DNA of 64,000 nt from Paraspadella gotoi (GCA_051294375.1 CM119266.1:22668638-22732637); one strand, 5' to 3'. Positions 46,130 to 61,381 are shown, counted from the stretch's first letter. A program made the numbers and translations. The notes: generated from the sequence alone by a model not told the origin.

Positions 46130-48529
46130 TGCTAATTATAGGATAGTGACTTGGGAATTAGGGTGGTGGATTAAAAGGGTGATACAGGTCAGAGGGGGAA
46201 AGGTGATTGGGTTACTAAATTTATTAAATACTGGATAAGGGGATTAGGTATTATGTTGTAAACAAGGAGAACACATTGGTAAAAGATGACGCTGGGGATT
46301 TATGTCAGCAGTAAGAGAATATAGGATGAGATACAAGGTATTCATAGCCGCGGCTACTGTGAGTGATGTTTATGGCGGGCATACTTATGGTGTTGTATCT
46401 GGATGAATTGGCAAGTGGATATTATGGTGGTGAGGTTTGGAGCTGCAGAGTTCATGTCAGTTAAAAAGGAAGGAGGAAAAGAAGGAAAAAAAAGAAGGAG
46501 AAAAAAGGGGAAAAGGAAAAGGGAAAGGGAAAAGGGAAGAAAAGGAAAGGGAGAAAGGAAAAGAAAAAAGGGAGGAAAGAGGAAAAAGGAAAGAAAAGGA
46601 AGAAGGAAAAAAGGGGAAGAAAGGGAAGGACAAGGAAAAAAGGGAAGGAAAGAGGTAAAAAATACAGTCTTTGGGTAAAGTAATAAATTTTGTTGTGGGT
46701 TTATGGAGTGAGTAGTGGATTGGATGTGTGGATCATGGGATAAGGGAAATTGGGATGAAGTGAATTTAGGATGATTTTGTGTTCTATGTTGTGGTAGGAG
46801 ATTTTAACTTTGTTGGAAAGGAAAGCAAGGATAGAAAGGAGTGATTTACGAGCAAGGTATGATCAGGTTCTTGTCGATTTTGCAGATGGTAAAAGGAGAT
46901 TGCTGGATGCAAGATATTTTTCGGGACTTTTGGAATGGTGGATAAATGACTTACTTTTAATGGGTGCTGGTGGATATTGAAAGTCGGATTGGATAGAGTT
47001 TTATGCTGATATGAGCGATAGGCAGGGGAAGTGGGGTAAAGTCGGATCACTTTCAGACTGTCCCTGGGTAAATTTATGGACATAAAATGTTAAAACTCGA
47101 AATTAAAAGAAAAATTAAAAAATAAGTTTGTGGATACTGGAAGTTTAAATGTTTCTTTGTTACTTGATATTGAATATATTCAAACTTGGTTAGGGAAAAC
47201 ATGGGAAGATTTTAACAAGGTAAGGATGAGTTGGGATATAAGGGGGAATGGTGGGACTGTAGCAAATCTGTTTTGCGCAGTGTTACTATGATTATGCGAG
47301 CGAAAGAGATTAGAGAGAGTAGGATTATTAAAGGTTTGGAAAAAGAAGAAAGAAGAGGTAGAAATGAAGTTCGATGGATACGGATCTATAAATTCAATGA
47401 GGATCAATTTGGCTTATGTTTAAAAAGAGGTTAGCAGAGGAGAGAGGAGAGAAAGGCTGAGGGGGCAAGATAAGGATCAAGAGCGGCCTCATTTTGAGAC
47501 AAAGGAACGGGCTTGGATATTTTAGTAGGGTTGAGAAATGAGAATAATAATGGTAGTTTAATTTATCGGATTAAAAGATAAATCAAGGTCAGGTTAGGAA
47601 AGGGTCAGAGGGCGTTCTTCCATGTGCTCATGAACATTATGTAGAAATGTTTAGTAAAGGGGAATATTGATGGATATTCAGATGAAAATTTTAAGTCGAG
47701 TGGATAGAAATGTGACGGAACAAGCCAAAAAAGAATTGGTGTGATAGAGTGATTGGAAAGGATGAAGTGGAACATTGTTCTAAGGGGAATGGCCTCGGGT
47801 AAAGTCGCCTGGCTGATGGTTTCCCTGCAGAATTCTGGAATGCTTTTGGGGTTTGGTGGCAAAAATGATTTTATGGAGGTGGTTGAGTGGGTTTCCAAAA
47901 GTGGAAGGTGAACAAGGTCAATGTCAGAGGGAGCTGTCCGTCTTATATATAAGAAAGGTGATAGAGAGGATGTTAAAAATTATAGACCTGTTAGTTTAGT
48001 AAATGTGGATTATAAAATGAAAGTGGGTTGTATTAATGCCGAACTAGTAGAGGTTTTACCTGGTTGGTGCATGAGGAATTCAAGGGAGGATTTACCAGGG
48101 AGAAAAATATCAGATGTTTTGGCATATAATAACAGGATGTCAATTGAATTATTGTAGAATTCATGATGTTGGAGGAAGCTTTGGTTTTTTCTTGGGGATT
48201 GAGATGTTTTGATAGGTAGACACAGTATAGTTTTTAAAGGCTTTAAGAATATGGTTTGGAATAAATTATTAGTTGGTAAAGGTCATTTTATAATAAGGTA
48301 ACTAGCAGAATATTTAGTTAAATGGGCATTGGTCTGATGAGATAATGGTTGACAGGGATTGAGAAGGGTGATTCTCCTTCTATGCCCCGCTATATATTTA
48401 GTGGCTGAGGTTTTTGCTAATTTTATAGAGGAAGGATCGAATGATAGAGGGAATTAAGATTAAAGGGCTGAGAGAAAGGTAGGGGTCTAACGTTGATGAC
48501 ACCCAGGGTTTCCTGGGTCAGAAGGCATC
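46130..48529 (+). mobile_element. L1/Tx1-clade LINE ORF2 (APE endonuclease plus reverse transcriptase), heavily frameshifted
   Basis: Recognisable motifs in order: RIVTW, QEH/ETH-like, VVGDFNF, SRLDRV, YWKLNVSLL, KSPG.DGFPAEF, VRLIYKKGDREDVKNYRPVSLVNVDYK (47921-48157), PGRKISD, FDRV, PLYILVAEV, and a (Y)VDDT-like motif near 48490. It ends at an N gap. Confidence 0.88.
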
Positions 48530-48554
48530 NNNNNNNNNNNNNNNNNNNNNNNNN

Positions 48555-48653
48555 TTTGTCTCCTTGAATCCTTTTTCACTTTTGACGCCTTCGTTAAATC
48601 GTGTTCATCTTATTAAATTCGCATCCAGTTTTTGAGACGCCGATGATGATGAC

Positions 48654-48716
<63 letters not shown>

Positions 48717-49138
48717 AATGGAGACGATAGATGAAGGGGAAAAAATTCCGGAAAACGCCGAGAGACGCCGAAAGTCGACAAAAAAAAAATATCGGCAGAC
48801 GCTGTAACTCAATTTCGCTCAATTTTTTTTCGAAGTTTGATTTGGTCGCAAAAGACGAAGATCGACGGGCGTGACGACAATAATCCGCAGCGATCGAATA
48901 CGAGAGACGATCCCTCTAGAGACACGACAATCCATTCACGTAAGTATGGGGCGATTCGCTTTATAGTTTTTCCGATTTATACAATAATCATGTGTGTGTA
49001 ATTTTATTAAGACTCTTTGTCAGCAAATACCGTCCTCTAGTCTCCAGTGTCTTCTCTCTGTCATCACTTGTTGAAAGCTGCAAACCACTCCTCACAACAA
49101 ACAATTACATAAATCTAAAAGGTTTTTGTATCGTTCTT

Positions 49139-49234
<96 letters not shown>

Positions 49235-49371
49235 GTGTTTCTGTTTCAACTTCCGTTCCTCCGTTGGGTTCGTGTTTTTCCCGTCGAAAATCTCTTGTTT
49301 TTGTTTTGGTTCTTGCCCCATTTAACACGTGGTGCCCGAGTATTGGTGAAAGGGTGAGAGAGAGGAGAGAG

Positions 49372-49437
<66 letters not shown>

Positions 49438-49716
49438 ATGAGTTCCTTCCTTCTTTTTTACCTTTTCCTCGTTTTAACGCCTTCTACCTCCAACCTGCCC
49501 CAGTGCCCACCCTTCTCCCCCAGAATCGATGATTCTTTTTTTTTTCTGAGAGGCAACGAGTTTGAACCCTGCACCGGCAGCGGCCTTTGCCGGCACGAAA
49601 TAGGAAAAAAGACGACGACAAATGAACATCGCGGGTCAAATCGAGGCGAGCGATAAACAACCGGCGCTGAGGCCTTGATGAGGATGACCCAGTCACAGAA
49701 ATCCCTGAATTCGATA

Positions 49717-49790
<74 letters not shown>

Positions 49791-51187
49791 TAGACTCTCG
49801 GTGTACGTGTCTCTGTCTCTCTCTCACAATCCGTTCTGCATCAAAACTTCTTTTTTTTTTTGATTGACATTAATCCCTTAATCCCCTGTTTTACTTTCAT
49901 CCGATTTTTTTTTTCGTCAACGACGACTCATTTGTTTCGGCCGAGAACTTCGTTTCCATTCGCCGAATTTAATCAATTAATAATAAAAGTTTTTCTTTCC
50001 TTTTTTCTCCTTAATTCTTTTCCTTAATTTTTTTCTAGTTATCACAGACGCCTTTTTTTTTGCTCCCGTCGGCCGCCGAGGTTTTTCCTAATCTGCCTAA
50101 AACGTCGTTGTCGTTTGTTTGTCCCGGCTTTTTTTTTCTCTTCGTGTCGTCGTCGTCGTTGTCGTCGTCGTCGTCGTCGTCGTCTTTGTATTTGTTGTCG
50201 ACCTAGTCTCTTATTCCTATTCTCCAATGAAAGAGAGCGAGAGAAAGAGGGAGACAGAGAGAGCGACATCTCGGCCGCAGAAACGGCCGCTTATTCCTAA
50301 GCTTCGTTCATGCTCTTAATGCTATTCTAATCATAAAAAACGAAGTTGTAAAAAACGGGATAAATATCTCAAGACTTTCGTTGACCCGCGAGTGAAATTC
50401 AGCGACCTCAACCTTTCCCACCGCCGTCGTTGTCGTCGTCGTCGTCGTCGTCGTCGACGTCGTTTTCGTCGTTGAAGCCTCTTTTATTATGCATGAGTCC
50501 GACGCGAATCAAGGCCTTCGGCTGGCGTCGGCCCGCGTCGGGCCGCGTCGGCTTGCGTCGGGTAACTTGGGCTTAGAAATCGGCCGGGATCAACCTCGAG
50601 TCTCTTTTGTATTGGCAGAAACGTGTCTTTAACATGACTTGTTCCGAGGACTGTTTTAGAATTCTTCAATGTTTTCGTAATATTTGGATTTTATAATACA
50701 AAAAATTCTGTTGAAAGTAAAAGAGGATACTGGATTATTGGTAAATGAAAAACTTGGGTTAGATGAGTCAAAAATGAACTGTTAGTTAGTGAAATAACAC
50801 TTTTATAAACTTATATCAACCACTTCAATTCAAGATGAAATAAAAAAGTTGAAACACGCTCTTCTCTGTTTTTCTCTCTTTTATTTCTTCTGTTTTCTTC
50901 TTTCTTTGTTACGTTTGGGTCGAACCTTTGGCAAAGAAAGGTTTTGTATCGTCTCTAGGGACGGAAATTCGGAAAGAAGGTAAGAGAAGGAAAAAAAGAA
51001 AAGAAAATAGAAAAGAAAGAAGGAAAGAAGAGAAAGGAAAAAAAATGAAGAAGATGCGGAACAGAGAATCAGACAAAAGGTCAAACCGGATGACACTTTA
51101 GCGCTTAGAATATTTTCTCTCTCTCTCTCTCTCTCTCTCTCNNNNNNNNNNNNNNNNNNNNNNNNNGAGACGAGAGAGAGAGGGGAG

Positions 51188-51266
<79 letters not shown>

Positions 51267-51357
51267 AGAAGAGAAGAGAGGAAAGTCTCATGAATTTTGA
51301 TCAGAAACACGAAGAGGAATTGGAAATACGAAAGCGAGAGGATATGGTAAGCAGAGC

Positions 51358-51434
<77 letters not shown>

Positions 51435-52796
51435 AGAGAGAGAAATATTCTAAGCGCTAAAGTGTCATCCGGTTTGACCTTTTGTCTGATTCTCTTGTTC
51501 CGCATCTTCTTCATTTTTTTTCCTTTCTCTTCTTTCCTTCTTTCTTTTCTATTTTCTTTTCTTTTTTTTCCTTCTCTTACCTTCTTTCCGAATTTCCGTC
51601 CCTAGAGACGATACAAAACCTTTCTTTGCCAAAAGGTTCGACCCAAACGTAACAAGAAGAAGAAAACAGAAGAAATAAAAGAGAGAAAAACAGAGGAAGA
51701 GCGTGTTTTCAACTTTTATTTTTCATCATTTGAATTGAAGTGGTTGATATAATTTATAAAAAGTGTTTATTTCACTAACTAACAGTTCATTTTTGACTCA
51801 ATCTAACCAAGTTTTTTCATTTACCAATAATCCAGTATCCTCTTTTACTTTCAACAGAATTTTTTGTATTATAAAAATCCAAATATTACGAAAACATTGA
51901 AGAATTCTAAAACAGTCCTCGGACAAGTCATGTTAAAGACACGTTTCTGCCAATACAAAAGAGACTCGAGGTTGATCCCGGCCGATTTCTAAGCCCAAGT
52001 TTACCCGACGCAAGCCGACGCGGCCCACGCGGGCCGACGCCAGCCGAAGGCCTTGATTCGCGTCGGACTCATGCATAATAAAAGAGGCTTCAAACGACGA
52101 AAACGACGTCCGACGACGAACGACGACGACGACGACAACGACGGCGGTGGGAAAGGTTGAGGTCGCTGAATTTCACTCGCGGGTCAACGAAAGTCTTTGA
52201 GATATTTATCCCGTTTTTTACAACTTCGTTTTTTTATGATTAGAATAGCATTAAGACATGAACGAAGCTTAGGAATAAGCGGCCGTTTCTGCGGCCGAGA
52301 TGTCCGCTCTCTCTGTCTCCCTCTTTCTCTCGCTCTCTTTCATTGGAGAATAGGAATAAGAGACTAGGTCGACAACAAATACAAAGACGACGACACGACG
52401 ACGACGACGACACAACGACGACGACGACACGAAGAGAAAAAAAAACCGGGACAAAAAAACGAACAACGGACGTTTTAGGCAATTAGGGAAAAACCCTCGG
52501 CGGCCGACGGGAGCAAAAAAAAAAAGGCGTCTGTGATAACTAGAAAAAATTAAGGAAAAAATTAAGGAGAAAAAAAGGAAAGAAAAACTTTTATTATTAA
52601 TTGATTAAATTCGGCGAATGGAAACGAAGTTCTCGGCCGAAACAAATGAGTCCGTCCGTTGACGAAAAAAAAAATCGGATGAAAGTAAAACAGGGGATTA
52701 AGGGATTAATGTCAATTCAAAAAAAAAAAGAAGTTTTGATGCAGAAACGGATTGTGAGAGAGAGACAGAGACACGTACACCGAGAGTCTATGATAG

Positions 52797-52872
<76 letters not shown>

Positions 52873-52890
52873 GTACACCGAGAGTCTATG

Positions 52891-52957
<67 letters not shown>

Positions 52958-53254
52958 AAGATAGAAATCGAATTCAGGGATTTCTGTGACTGGTCATCCT
53001 CATCAAGGCCTCAGCGCCGGTTGTTTATCGCTCGCCTCGATTTGACCCGCGATGTTCATTTGTCGTCGTCTTTTTCCTATTTCGTGCCGGCAAAGGCCGC
53101 TGCCGGTGCAGGGTCAAACTCGTTTGCCTCTCAGAAAAAAAAAAGAATCATCGATTCTGGGGGGAGAAGGGTGCGGCACTGGGCGCAGGTTGGAGTGTAG
53201 AAGGCGTTTAAAAAAACGAGGAAAGGGGGGTAAAAAAGAAAGGAAGGAACTCAT

Positions 53255-53335
<81 letters not shown>

Positions 53336-53462
53336 ACCCTTTCACCAATACTCGGGCACCACGTGTTTAAATGGGGCAAGAACCGACAAACAAAAACAAG
53401 AGATTTTCGACGGGAAAAACACGAACCCAACGGAGGAACGGAAGTTGAAACAGAAACACAGG

Positions 53463-53557
<95 letters not shown>

Positions 53558-54006
53558 ACGATACAAAAACCTTTTAGATTTATGTAATTGTTTGTATGTG
53601 AGGAGTGGTTTGCAGCTTTCAACAAGTGATGACAGAGAGAAGACACTGGAGACTAGAGGACGGTATTTGCTGACAAGAGGTCTTAATAAAATTACACACA
53701 CATGATTATTGTATAAATCGGAAAAAACTATAAAGCGAATCGCCCCATACTTACGTGAATGGATTGTCGTGCTCTAGAGGGATCGTCTCTCGTATTCGAT
53801 CGCTGCGGATTATTGTCCGTCACGCCCGTCGATCTTCGTCTTTTGCGACCAAATCAAACTTCGAAAAAAAATGAGCGAAATTGAGTTACAGCGTCTGCCG
53901 ATATTTTTTTTTTGTCGACTTTCGGCGTCTCTCGGCGTTTTCCCGGAATTTTTCCCCTTCATCTATCGTCTCCATTATCATCATCATCATCATCATCATC
54001 ATCATC

Positions 54007-54043
<37 letters not shown>

Positions 54044-54154
54044 TCATCATCGTCGTCATCATCATCGGCTGTCTCAAAAACTGGATGCGAATTTAATAAG
54101 ATGAACACGATTTAACGAAGGCGTCAAAAGTGAAAAAGGATTCAAGGAGACAAA
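48555..54154. repeat. Large inverted duplication (foldback) around N gap 51142-51166
   Basis: 48555-~51120 is the reverse complement of ~51440-54154. Confidence 0.92.
48641..48720 (+). repeat. (ATG)n microsatellite (mirrored as (CAT)n at ~53975-54065)
   Basis: Seen directly; it explains the poly-M, poly-H and poly-I ORFs. Confidence 0.95.
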
Positions 54155-54168
54155 GTAACATCAAACCA

Positions 54169-54257
<89 letters not shown>

Positions 54258-57200
54258 TCTCCTCGCTTCCGACAAAATTCTCACCCGCCCCCCTTATTTT
54301 TTTTTCCCTAAAACTCGTGAGGTTTTCGACCGTCAACGCGACTATGCAAATGAGGTTTTAAGACCGGCGAAGAAAAATACGTGTTTTCGCGACGACCCTG
54401 CGATTCTTATGTTGGCGTCGCCGAGTTTGCAAACCAGATTTGGGGATTTTCGGAAACAAAAACAGCAAACGAGGGAAAAGGCCGACGACGACGACGACTA
54501 CGGGGACGAAAACGACGACGACGACGCCGACTACCTCCTGAAATTTAAATCGACTGCATCGGATTTCGGGTTCGCTTCTCCAAAATGGTGGCAACTGTGC
54601 AAACAGTATTTGAAGTTGCAGCAAAATTAGCTCAACGAAATGTTCTTGTTTTGCATGAGTTGATACTATGATATTATTATATATAGTATTATGAAATTGG
54701 TACAACCAATATAAAATTATCCATTATTATGTTAGTATAATAATTCGTTAAAAACCGTTGAACAATTTCTTCGTTTATCTAAAACCCCAAACTGTCGCGT
54801 TGCCGAAAAAGCTCTTAAATACTACGCGTACATTTTGATTGTATTCGTTGTCGAAACCGAGTCTCATTTTTTTTTTTTTTTGTATTTAATTATTTGCCTT
54901 TGATTTTTTATTTTTATACTTCTTTCTTAAAGGGAGGCGAAATGACGGAAGGTGAGTCGATACTGGTAAGTTAATCCGTAAAGTTGAATCAATCAATAAA
55001 TCAAATCAATTACCGTTAACAGATGACAACCACGATTCTTCGGATTCAGAGAAGGATGAAAGGTTTTTATTTGTTCATCTCACTCATTGTTTAATCAGTT
55101 GTAAACGTTCAATTGATCAATAATGTAATGTTGGAATCTTTTGACATCAGGCCTTCTGCCGAGATTGAGACAGAAACCAATTTGGTCGAATTAAAAAAAA
55201 GGTTAAACTTAATTTAATATTTTAAACAAAAAAATGTTTAGTATCAATTTATGTAACGGTTTATTACGCTTTTTAGCCTAAGTGAAGAGCTCCAGCCTCT
55301 TGAAAATATTGTGGGAACAGTAAGAGAACAATTTTAACGACGCACAACGAAATTTCGGAAGATCCTAAAGATGCATTGGAAATCGGCTCAGGTATTTACT
55401 GTATTTATTACAAAATTGACAATCGAAACACCTGTTTTTTGGTTCTTTTTTCAATTATTTTGTTTTTTATATAAATATTGTTCGCGTGAAGATTCCGACA
55501 TCGACTTCGCCGTCAAACTGACAATAGGTGATATTATAAAAAAAAAAAACAACTTTATTACACATGTAACGCGTACTTAAAAGCTTTTATTTTATAACAA
55601 TTAATAAAAATTGAATCATTAAAATATTTCGCTTTTTATTATATAGAAGAATCGACTGAAAATTAGAAAAGAATTTCAACGCTGTCTCTCCAACAGAACG
55701 CCTACTCGAAATCCAAAAGGTCTGTCGTCCGCAATCTGTCATCTGAGTTGTTTAATCTGTCATTTGTCGTCGTTTCAGTTGATGATTCAGAATTGATTTT
55801 TTGGTCATTGTGATATACTGACTCGTCTTTCTTTTTCTTCCTTTTCCTCCTTCAGAGATCAAGAGGAAGATGAGGTTTGGAACGTAAATATAAAAAAAAG
55901 AAACGACGACAACGACGACGACCATGTGTCGACCATCTCGACCATATCGACGATGTGGTTCAGGTCGGTAATACTTTATTCATTTTTAGGAAGAACCACA
56001 ATGCATGGAGAACAACGGTTCAAAGAAAACGCCAAGAAAAGGGAGCAACTTTTCTTTTGTTACGCGGATCGATTCGCGAAAGGCAGAGCCAAGGATCGAA
56101 CGCGCATATCGCGTTTCCAAACGGGTGATTTCGACGCCGGCAAATGATTTTACCCGGATGTTGTAATAAAATTTAATAAACCCCTTTTCTAACTGCGAGT
56201 ATACAGAGTCAATAATAACATAAAGTTCAAAAAATATAAAACCTGATGATAATAATAATGTCGATTAGTATAATATTATGCTCCGCCAGCAAATCCAATA
56301 GATTATCTGACTCCTCAAAACCTCCCGTCCAGCGATGCAGTACCAACCGACAGAAGCCGACGCCGAAGAGGCCGTCCCAAACCGGTCGTCTACCGACCAC
56401 AGTTCCTCGACTTCTACGACCCGCAGTCGCTCGCCCACTCATCTTACCTTGACGTCTGGGGCGACGATTACAGGTAAAAATTGAATATATAAAAATATAT
56501 AATAAATAGGTATACTTCCAGGCCCAAGTTTAACGATTTTTACTTCGATGTTTGGTTTTTCCTGTATTGAGATAATGGGTATTCGGGTAATAATGATTGA
56601 TTACCTTGTAAGGGCCCTCATAGGGTGGACCAGAGGAGGGTTGACGCCTGCGCGTTTGACGAATACATAGTGTGCGCTGTTGGAGATTGCTCGGAAGGTG
56701 ATCGTTGGCTGATGATGGGCCGACGTTGGAGTCGGCTGTAATCTCGCTACCTCGACGCGTAGCTTCGCCAGTTGACTTCGTCGTTGGCGCTGTAGGGCGG
56801 CGGCGTCGTCGTTTTGAGGATCGTCAAGGCATGCAGCCGGGAACTCTGATGCCTTCGCCGAAGACCAAATCTGCCGCGGAGGCGCCGATATCTTCTTTTA
56901 TCGTTGTTCGAATGGCGAGCATTGCCATTGGGAGTTTCCAAAACCACTTTTCGCGATTTTCTCGAGCAAGGCGATCAACGACTCCTTTAACCTTCTGTGG
57001 AATCGTTCCATCAGGCCGTTGGCCTCGGCGATGATAAGGGCATCGTCATCTGGTTTGATTCCCCAGGTTTTAAGTCAACTGACGCCATAACGCAGAGTTA
57101 AACTGTGTTCCCCTGTCGGTAGTGATTATTGTCGGGGTGCCGAACACACCAATCCATTCGTGACTCAAACACGTCTAAAAGAGTTGAAGTGAGAAGTATT

Positions 57201-60200
57201 TATATTTGGATAGCTGATGGCCATCTCGACGAATCTATCAAACTATTGTCAGTAAGTGAGAGAAATTCGTTCGACGCTCGCCATTTTTACTAGATTCTAA
57301 TTAAAGGTTAGGGAAATCTCCTCGTGGCAACCTTAAACTCGCCGATCCTCAGGAACGACGAGTCTAGTCACCTTAGGCACATGAGCAGTATATGCTTGCA
57401 GTTCTCTCGCCCACTTCGTCACAATCCTGGCCGCATTGACGTCCAGAGAACGTCTTGGTCCGCTCCTCCGCTTTGCTTGTGGCCTCGACGACCAGGGAAA
57501 GGGCTCGCATTTTTTTCTCTTGTCAAATCATCAACATATCTTGATATCAACAAGCCAGAACAAATAGACTGCTTCTGCGACGGAAAAATTTTCTATCTCT
57601 GATTTTATAGAATTGAAAGAGATTTTTTTTCCTTCAAAACGATATAAACGTGACTGAGGTATGTTACCTGTTCAACAATGACGTCCAATTTGGGAAATCC
57701 TTGGCAAAGTGTTGAAAGGCTCTCAAATTTTTTTTTTTACATTTAATTTGGTTATTTTGATATGATACGATTATGCGCTTGTTCGTCAGAGCTTAGTCCC
57801 ATTATACCCATATAACCTCTTCCAAAGTCACATGAAGCGGGATACGTAAGTTAGTATCTTAAGTCAATTTATGAAAATATGATTTTCAATTGTACATATA
57901 TAATGGAATATGTAGAATGAGCATCACGTTTCATATATTAAAGAAAAATTGCAGTAGTTATAGTTGAAAATACTGTCGTTCTTTCAATTGTCTTTGTATA
58001 GTTTATAACATTTATTGTCATTAAGATTATTATTGAATATTTTAAGAGTAAAAAAAGTCAATTAAAATCATTCTACTTCAGACAATGGTCGTCTCCGAAA
58101 AACGGCGACAGAAGTCGCGACCGCGGCCAAGAACATCAAGCCGGGCGCTCGTCGAGACCCCGCAAGGGGAGGAAGAACGCCTGAGAAGGTGGGCAAACAG
58201 AGAGCAGAAGAAGGCAGAAGGTAAGATAGGGGAAGACCGTCGTTGAACGCAACAAGACCGCATGCCTCAAAGGGAGAGCGAAAGCGCGAGGAGAAAAGCC
58301 ATCTCGAAGGAAACCTGCACATCAATTCAATCCAATACGGCGAGCGCGAGGAAAATGCAGGCGAAAAAGGATGGGAAGAGCAGGACAATGTATCAAACCG
58401 AGCATGGAAGTCGAGAAAGTCCTTCCAGAATATTGAACATCGATTGAAGGGGAAACCATAGCTCAAAGGAAAGGGGTAAGTAGTTTTACCGCTGGAAATT
58501 AGCTCGCACGAAAGGAAAACTGGGAAAGTTCAAGTGTCTGTAGTATCGAAGCCTATCTATGTCCATGAGTTACTAAAAGCTTCCATAGTAGATATGGGAA
58601 ATTTGAAAATTCGGGAAACGTGCGAGGAAGACGAAGCGATTTGACCCGGAACTGTTTGAAAGTACACGTTCAAGCACTTCGAAATCAACTGGGAACCAAG
58701 AAAGCTGTATGAGGAATGAACAGCGCCGCGAAAGAAAGAAGTTTTGAAAGTAAAAGTGTAAGCAGTGGAAAAAGTTAGAAGGGTACAGAGAAAAATCAAG
58801 GAACAAATCCTAAGAAAAGTAGTACAGATTGTGTTGTTGCGAATAAAAGCCTGGACAGAGAGTAGCATGGCGGGCTCGACCGACGCAGGGAAGACAAAGA
58901 TTGCCCGACGCCAAATTCAAAGCACCAGTGAGGTGGGCCAAGAGCGAGTCATAAATACTCGGGCACAGCTATTAGAAGACGGAGATGCGGAAGCGACAGA
59001 CAGAAGAGACGGAGACAATCAAGTAGCGGGCAGAGACAAATATCCAAATGCAAAGGAAGGATGTGAAAGGAAATTTGAGACAGGTAGTGGGGGGTCAAAA
59101 TGGGAAGAACCAGGGGACTGTACACTCATGTGCAAATAACAAAAAAAAAAACGCGACACACATTATTATAACATTAAAATTCTATAACATTTCTATAAAA
59201 ATATTTAACAAAAATTATTTAAGAAAAATTATATAAAAAAAAATCCATAGTGTATGTGGCGGTACATTCACACCGGCCTCACGTCCACCTCCTTCAGCCA
59301 AAATCCATTGGCTCAGAGGGGGAAACACCCATCCCAGGTGTGTAGTGTTCCATCCACAGTCCTAACGACTTCCCCTAGGCGTTGTCAAAAGCGAGAACGC
59401 GTCTTTGGTAACGAGCGCCAGTGACAGGAGGCGTCACTGAGTGTTGCAAGCCCCCAAAACCAACAAGTGAGATGCCCCCATCCCAATGGGCATCACAGGC
59501 AAACCCGGCTGTTGCCATAGTGTAAGATTTTATGGAAATCAAACAAGTGATTTAAGGCTATGATTTTTTAAACTCTAATGTTCCAAAACAAGATAGGAAA
59601 ATTGTATTTCTTTTAAAAGCTTCAGAAATCATTGAGCCTCCATTCACTACTTATTTTTTAAAACCCATAAATTAATTTATTATGGATCCAGGGTGGTCAT
59701 CCAGTTGATTAGCTATCCCTTACAAGATGTTTGAGTAAAATTTTTTTATATTTAATTACAAAAAATTAAAAATATTAGAAAAAAAATTAATGAATAATTT
59801 TTTTTAACATGAGTACTACATTTAAAAAATTACTGCTACTAATTGATACCCGATGTTTCTAAAAAATTATACCAAATTCTTTATATTTTTGATAAACTTT
59901 ATTACTTTAAAAATTTTGTTAAAAATGTAAGTATAAAAGGTGATTTTATAAAGATGATTTATAAAGTGACACTTTTTTTTTGCACATGAACTGTAGAGAA
60001 TGGGGGATCTTCTGAAAACGCGGAAAAAAGGATGAAGCGAAGCATCACCATGAAAAAAAGAAGTTTCAAAAGACAAAAAGATCCAGACCAAGGAAAAAGG
60101 AAGTTTACGGTCTTAAGAAGAAATTAAAAGGATTCATCCGGCATTAATAATTTTCAATCATAAAAATAAGAATGTGATGCTTAGTATTGTAAATGTGAAT

Positions 60201-60768
60201 GAATAATACCTTTAAACAATTATTATAGTAAATTTTTTTCCGCCCCCTTTACCAGCTCTTATCGGCCAAAACTTCTGGATTTCAAAGTGCTCGTTAAATA
60301 TAATAATCTGCCGTGAGATATTCCCGTCTATGAGTATCAGTAATAAGATATTAAATAAGTGCGCAATAAAAAAGAAATAAAAAAAAGGCAAAAGAGAGTG
60401 CGAGAAATTTAAAAAGAAAACGGTTGGGGAAAAAGGAGTGAGTAAAGTCGCATCCTGGCTCTTAAACTGATTGAAAACGTGGCATCGAGGAGAAGGGGCG
60501 ATTTAATGGGATTAATGAAAGGCGGGAAAAAAAAGGGCAATGCGGAGAGAGGGAGGTAGAGAAGTGGTTAGACAAAGCGGTGGGGTTGAAAACAGGATTA
60601 TTACTGATAACCGAGTTATATCATAATTTTTTGTTGAATCACCTCATTCAGTGTCTTAAGAAGAAAAAATTAATACGTAATATTCAAAAGTTTCTAAACA
60701 CTGATCTTAAAACAAAATTTTAAGAAAAATATTTTTTTAATTTTCTACCTTCAGTCTAATTTTTTATT
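54112..60768 (-). repeat. Inverted duplicate of 34243-40716 (gene exons plus integrase), increasingly noisy
   Basis: Colinear reverse complement that includes the integrase (~56600-57510) and the exons, with many single-base indels, especially at 57200-59200. Confidence 0.93.
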
Positions 60769-61150
60769 TTTTTCTTCGTTCTCTTCTTTCTTTTTGTGCT
60801 CGGTTCCCACTCTCAAACTCACGCAGTGCTTCAACGGAACTGCGTTCAAAATGTTACGGAACAACGTGCGAAAAGGTTTTTGTTGCCAAGTCACTGAGTA
60901 TCGCCGCAAACTATGCGTGAAAGTTCTTCTTAAAACAAATAGTCAATCAACAACTTTCCTACAAAAATATGTATTTTTTTAGAATTGGGCTTTTGTGAAG
61001 TAATTGGATTTCTTCGCTGTTAACAATAATCATTAGGTAGTGAATAGATTAAACATAGAATTTTTGACGCTGCGCAAAATATATTCGAAGAGGTTGAGAC
61101 AATGTCACTTGAGACATATGATTTATCTCTCTTTTAGTCTCTCTCTCTCT

Positions 61151-61270
<120 letters not shown>

Positions 61271-61381
61271 GCAGATCACCTTGGTCGTAGATCTTCCGTC
61301 TCGGACTAATTTTTCCTTAAAAGTTCCTACGAGACTATTTGTTGCTGGAAAGAAAAAAGGGGAAAAAAGAAAGAAGAAATT

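Noticed and set aside
48601-48822. Poly-Met, poly-His and poly-Ile ORFs
   Set aside because: Products of an (ATG)n microsatellite next to a chimeric junction.
52767-52893. 28-bp direct repeat flanking a GA tract (TSD-like)
   Set aside because: It occurs once in the mirror copy (~49787-49815); likely consensus slippage in the microsatellite.
56600-57510. Second integrase copy as an independent insertion
   Set aside because: It is part of the 6.6-kb inverted duplicate with identical flanks.
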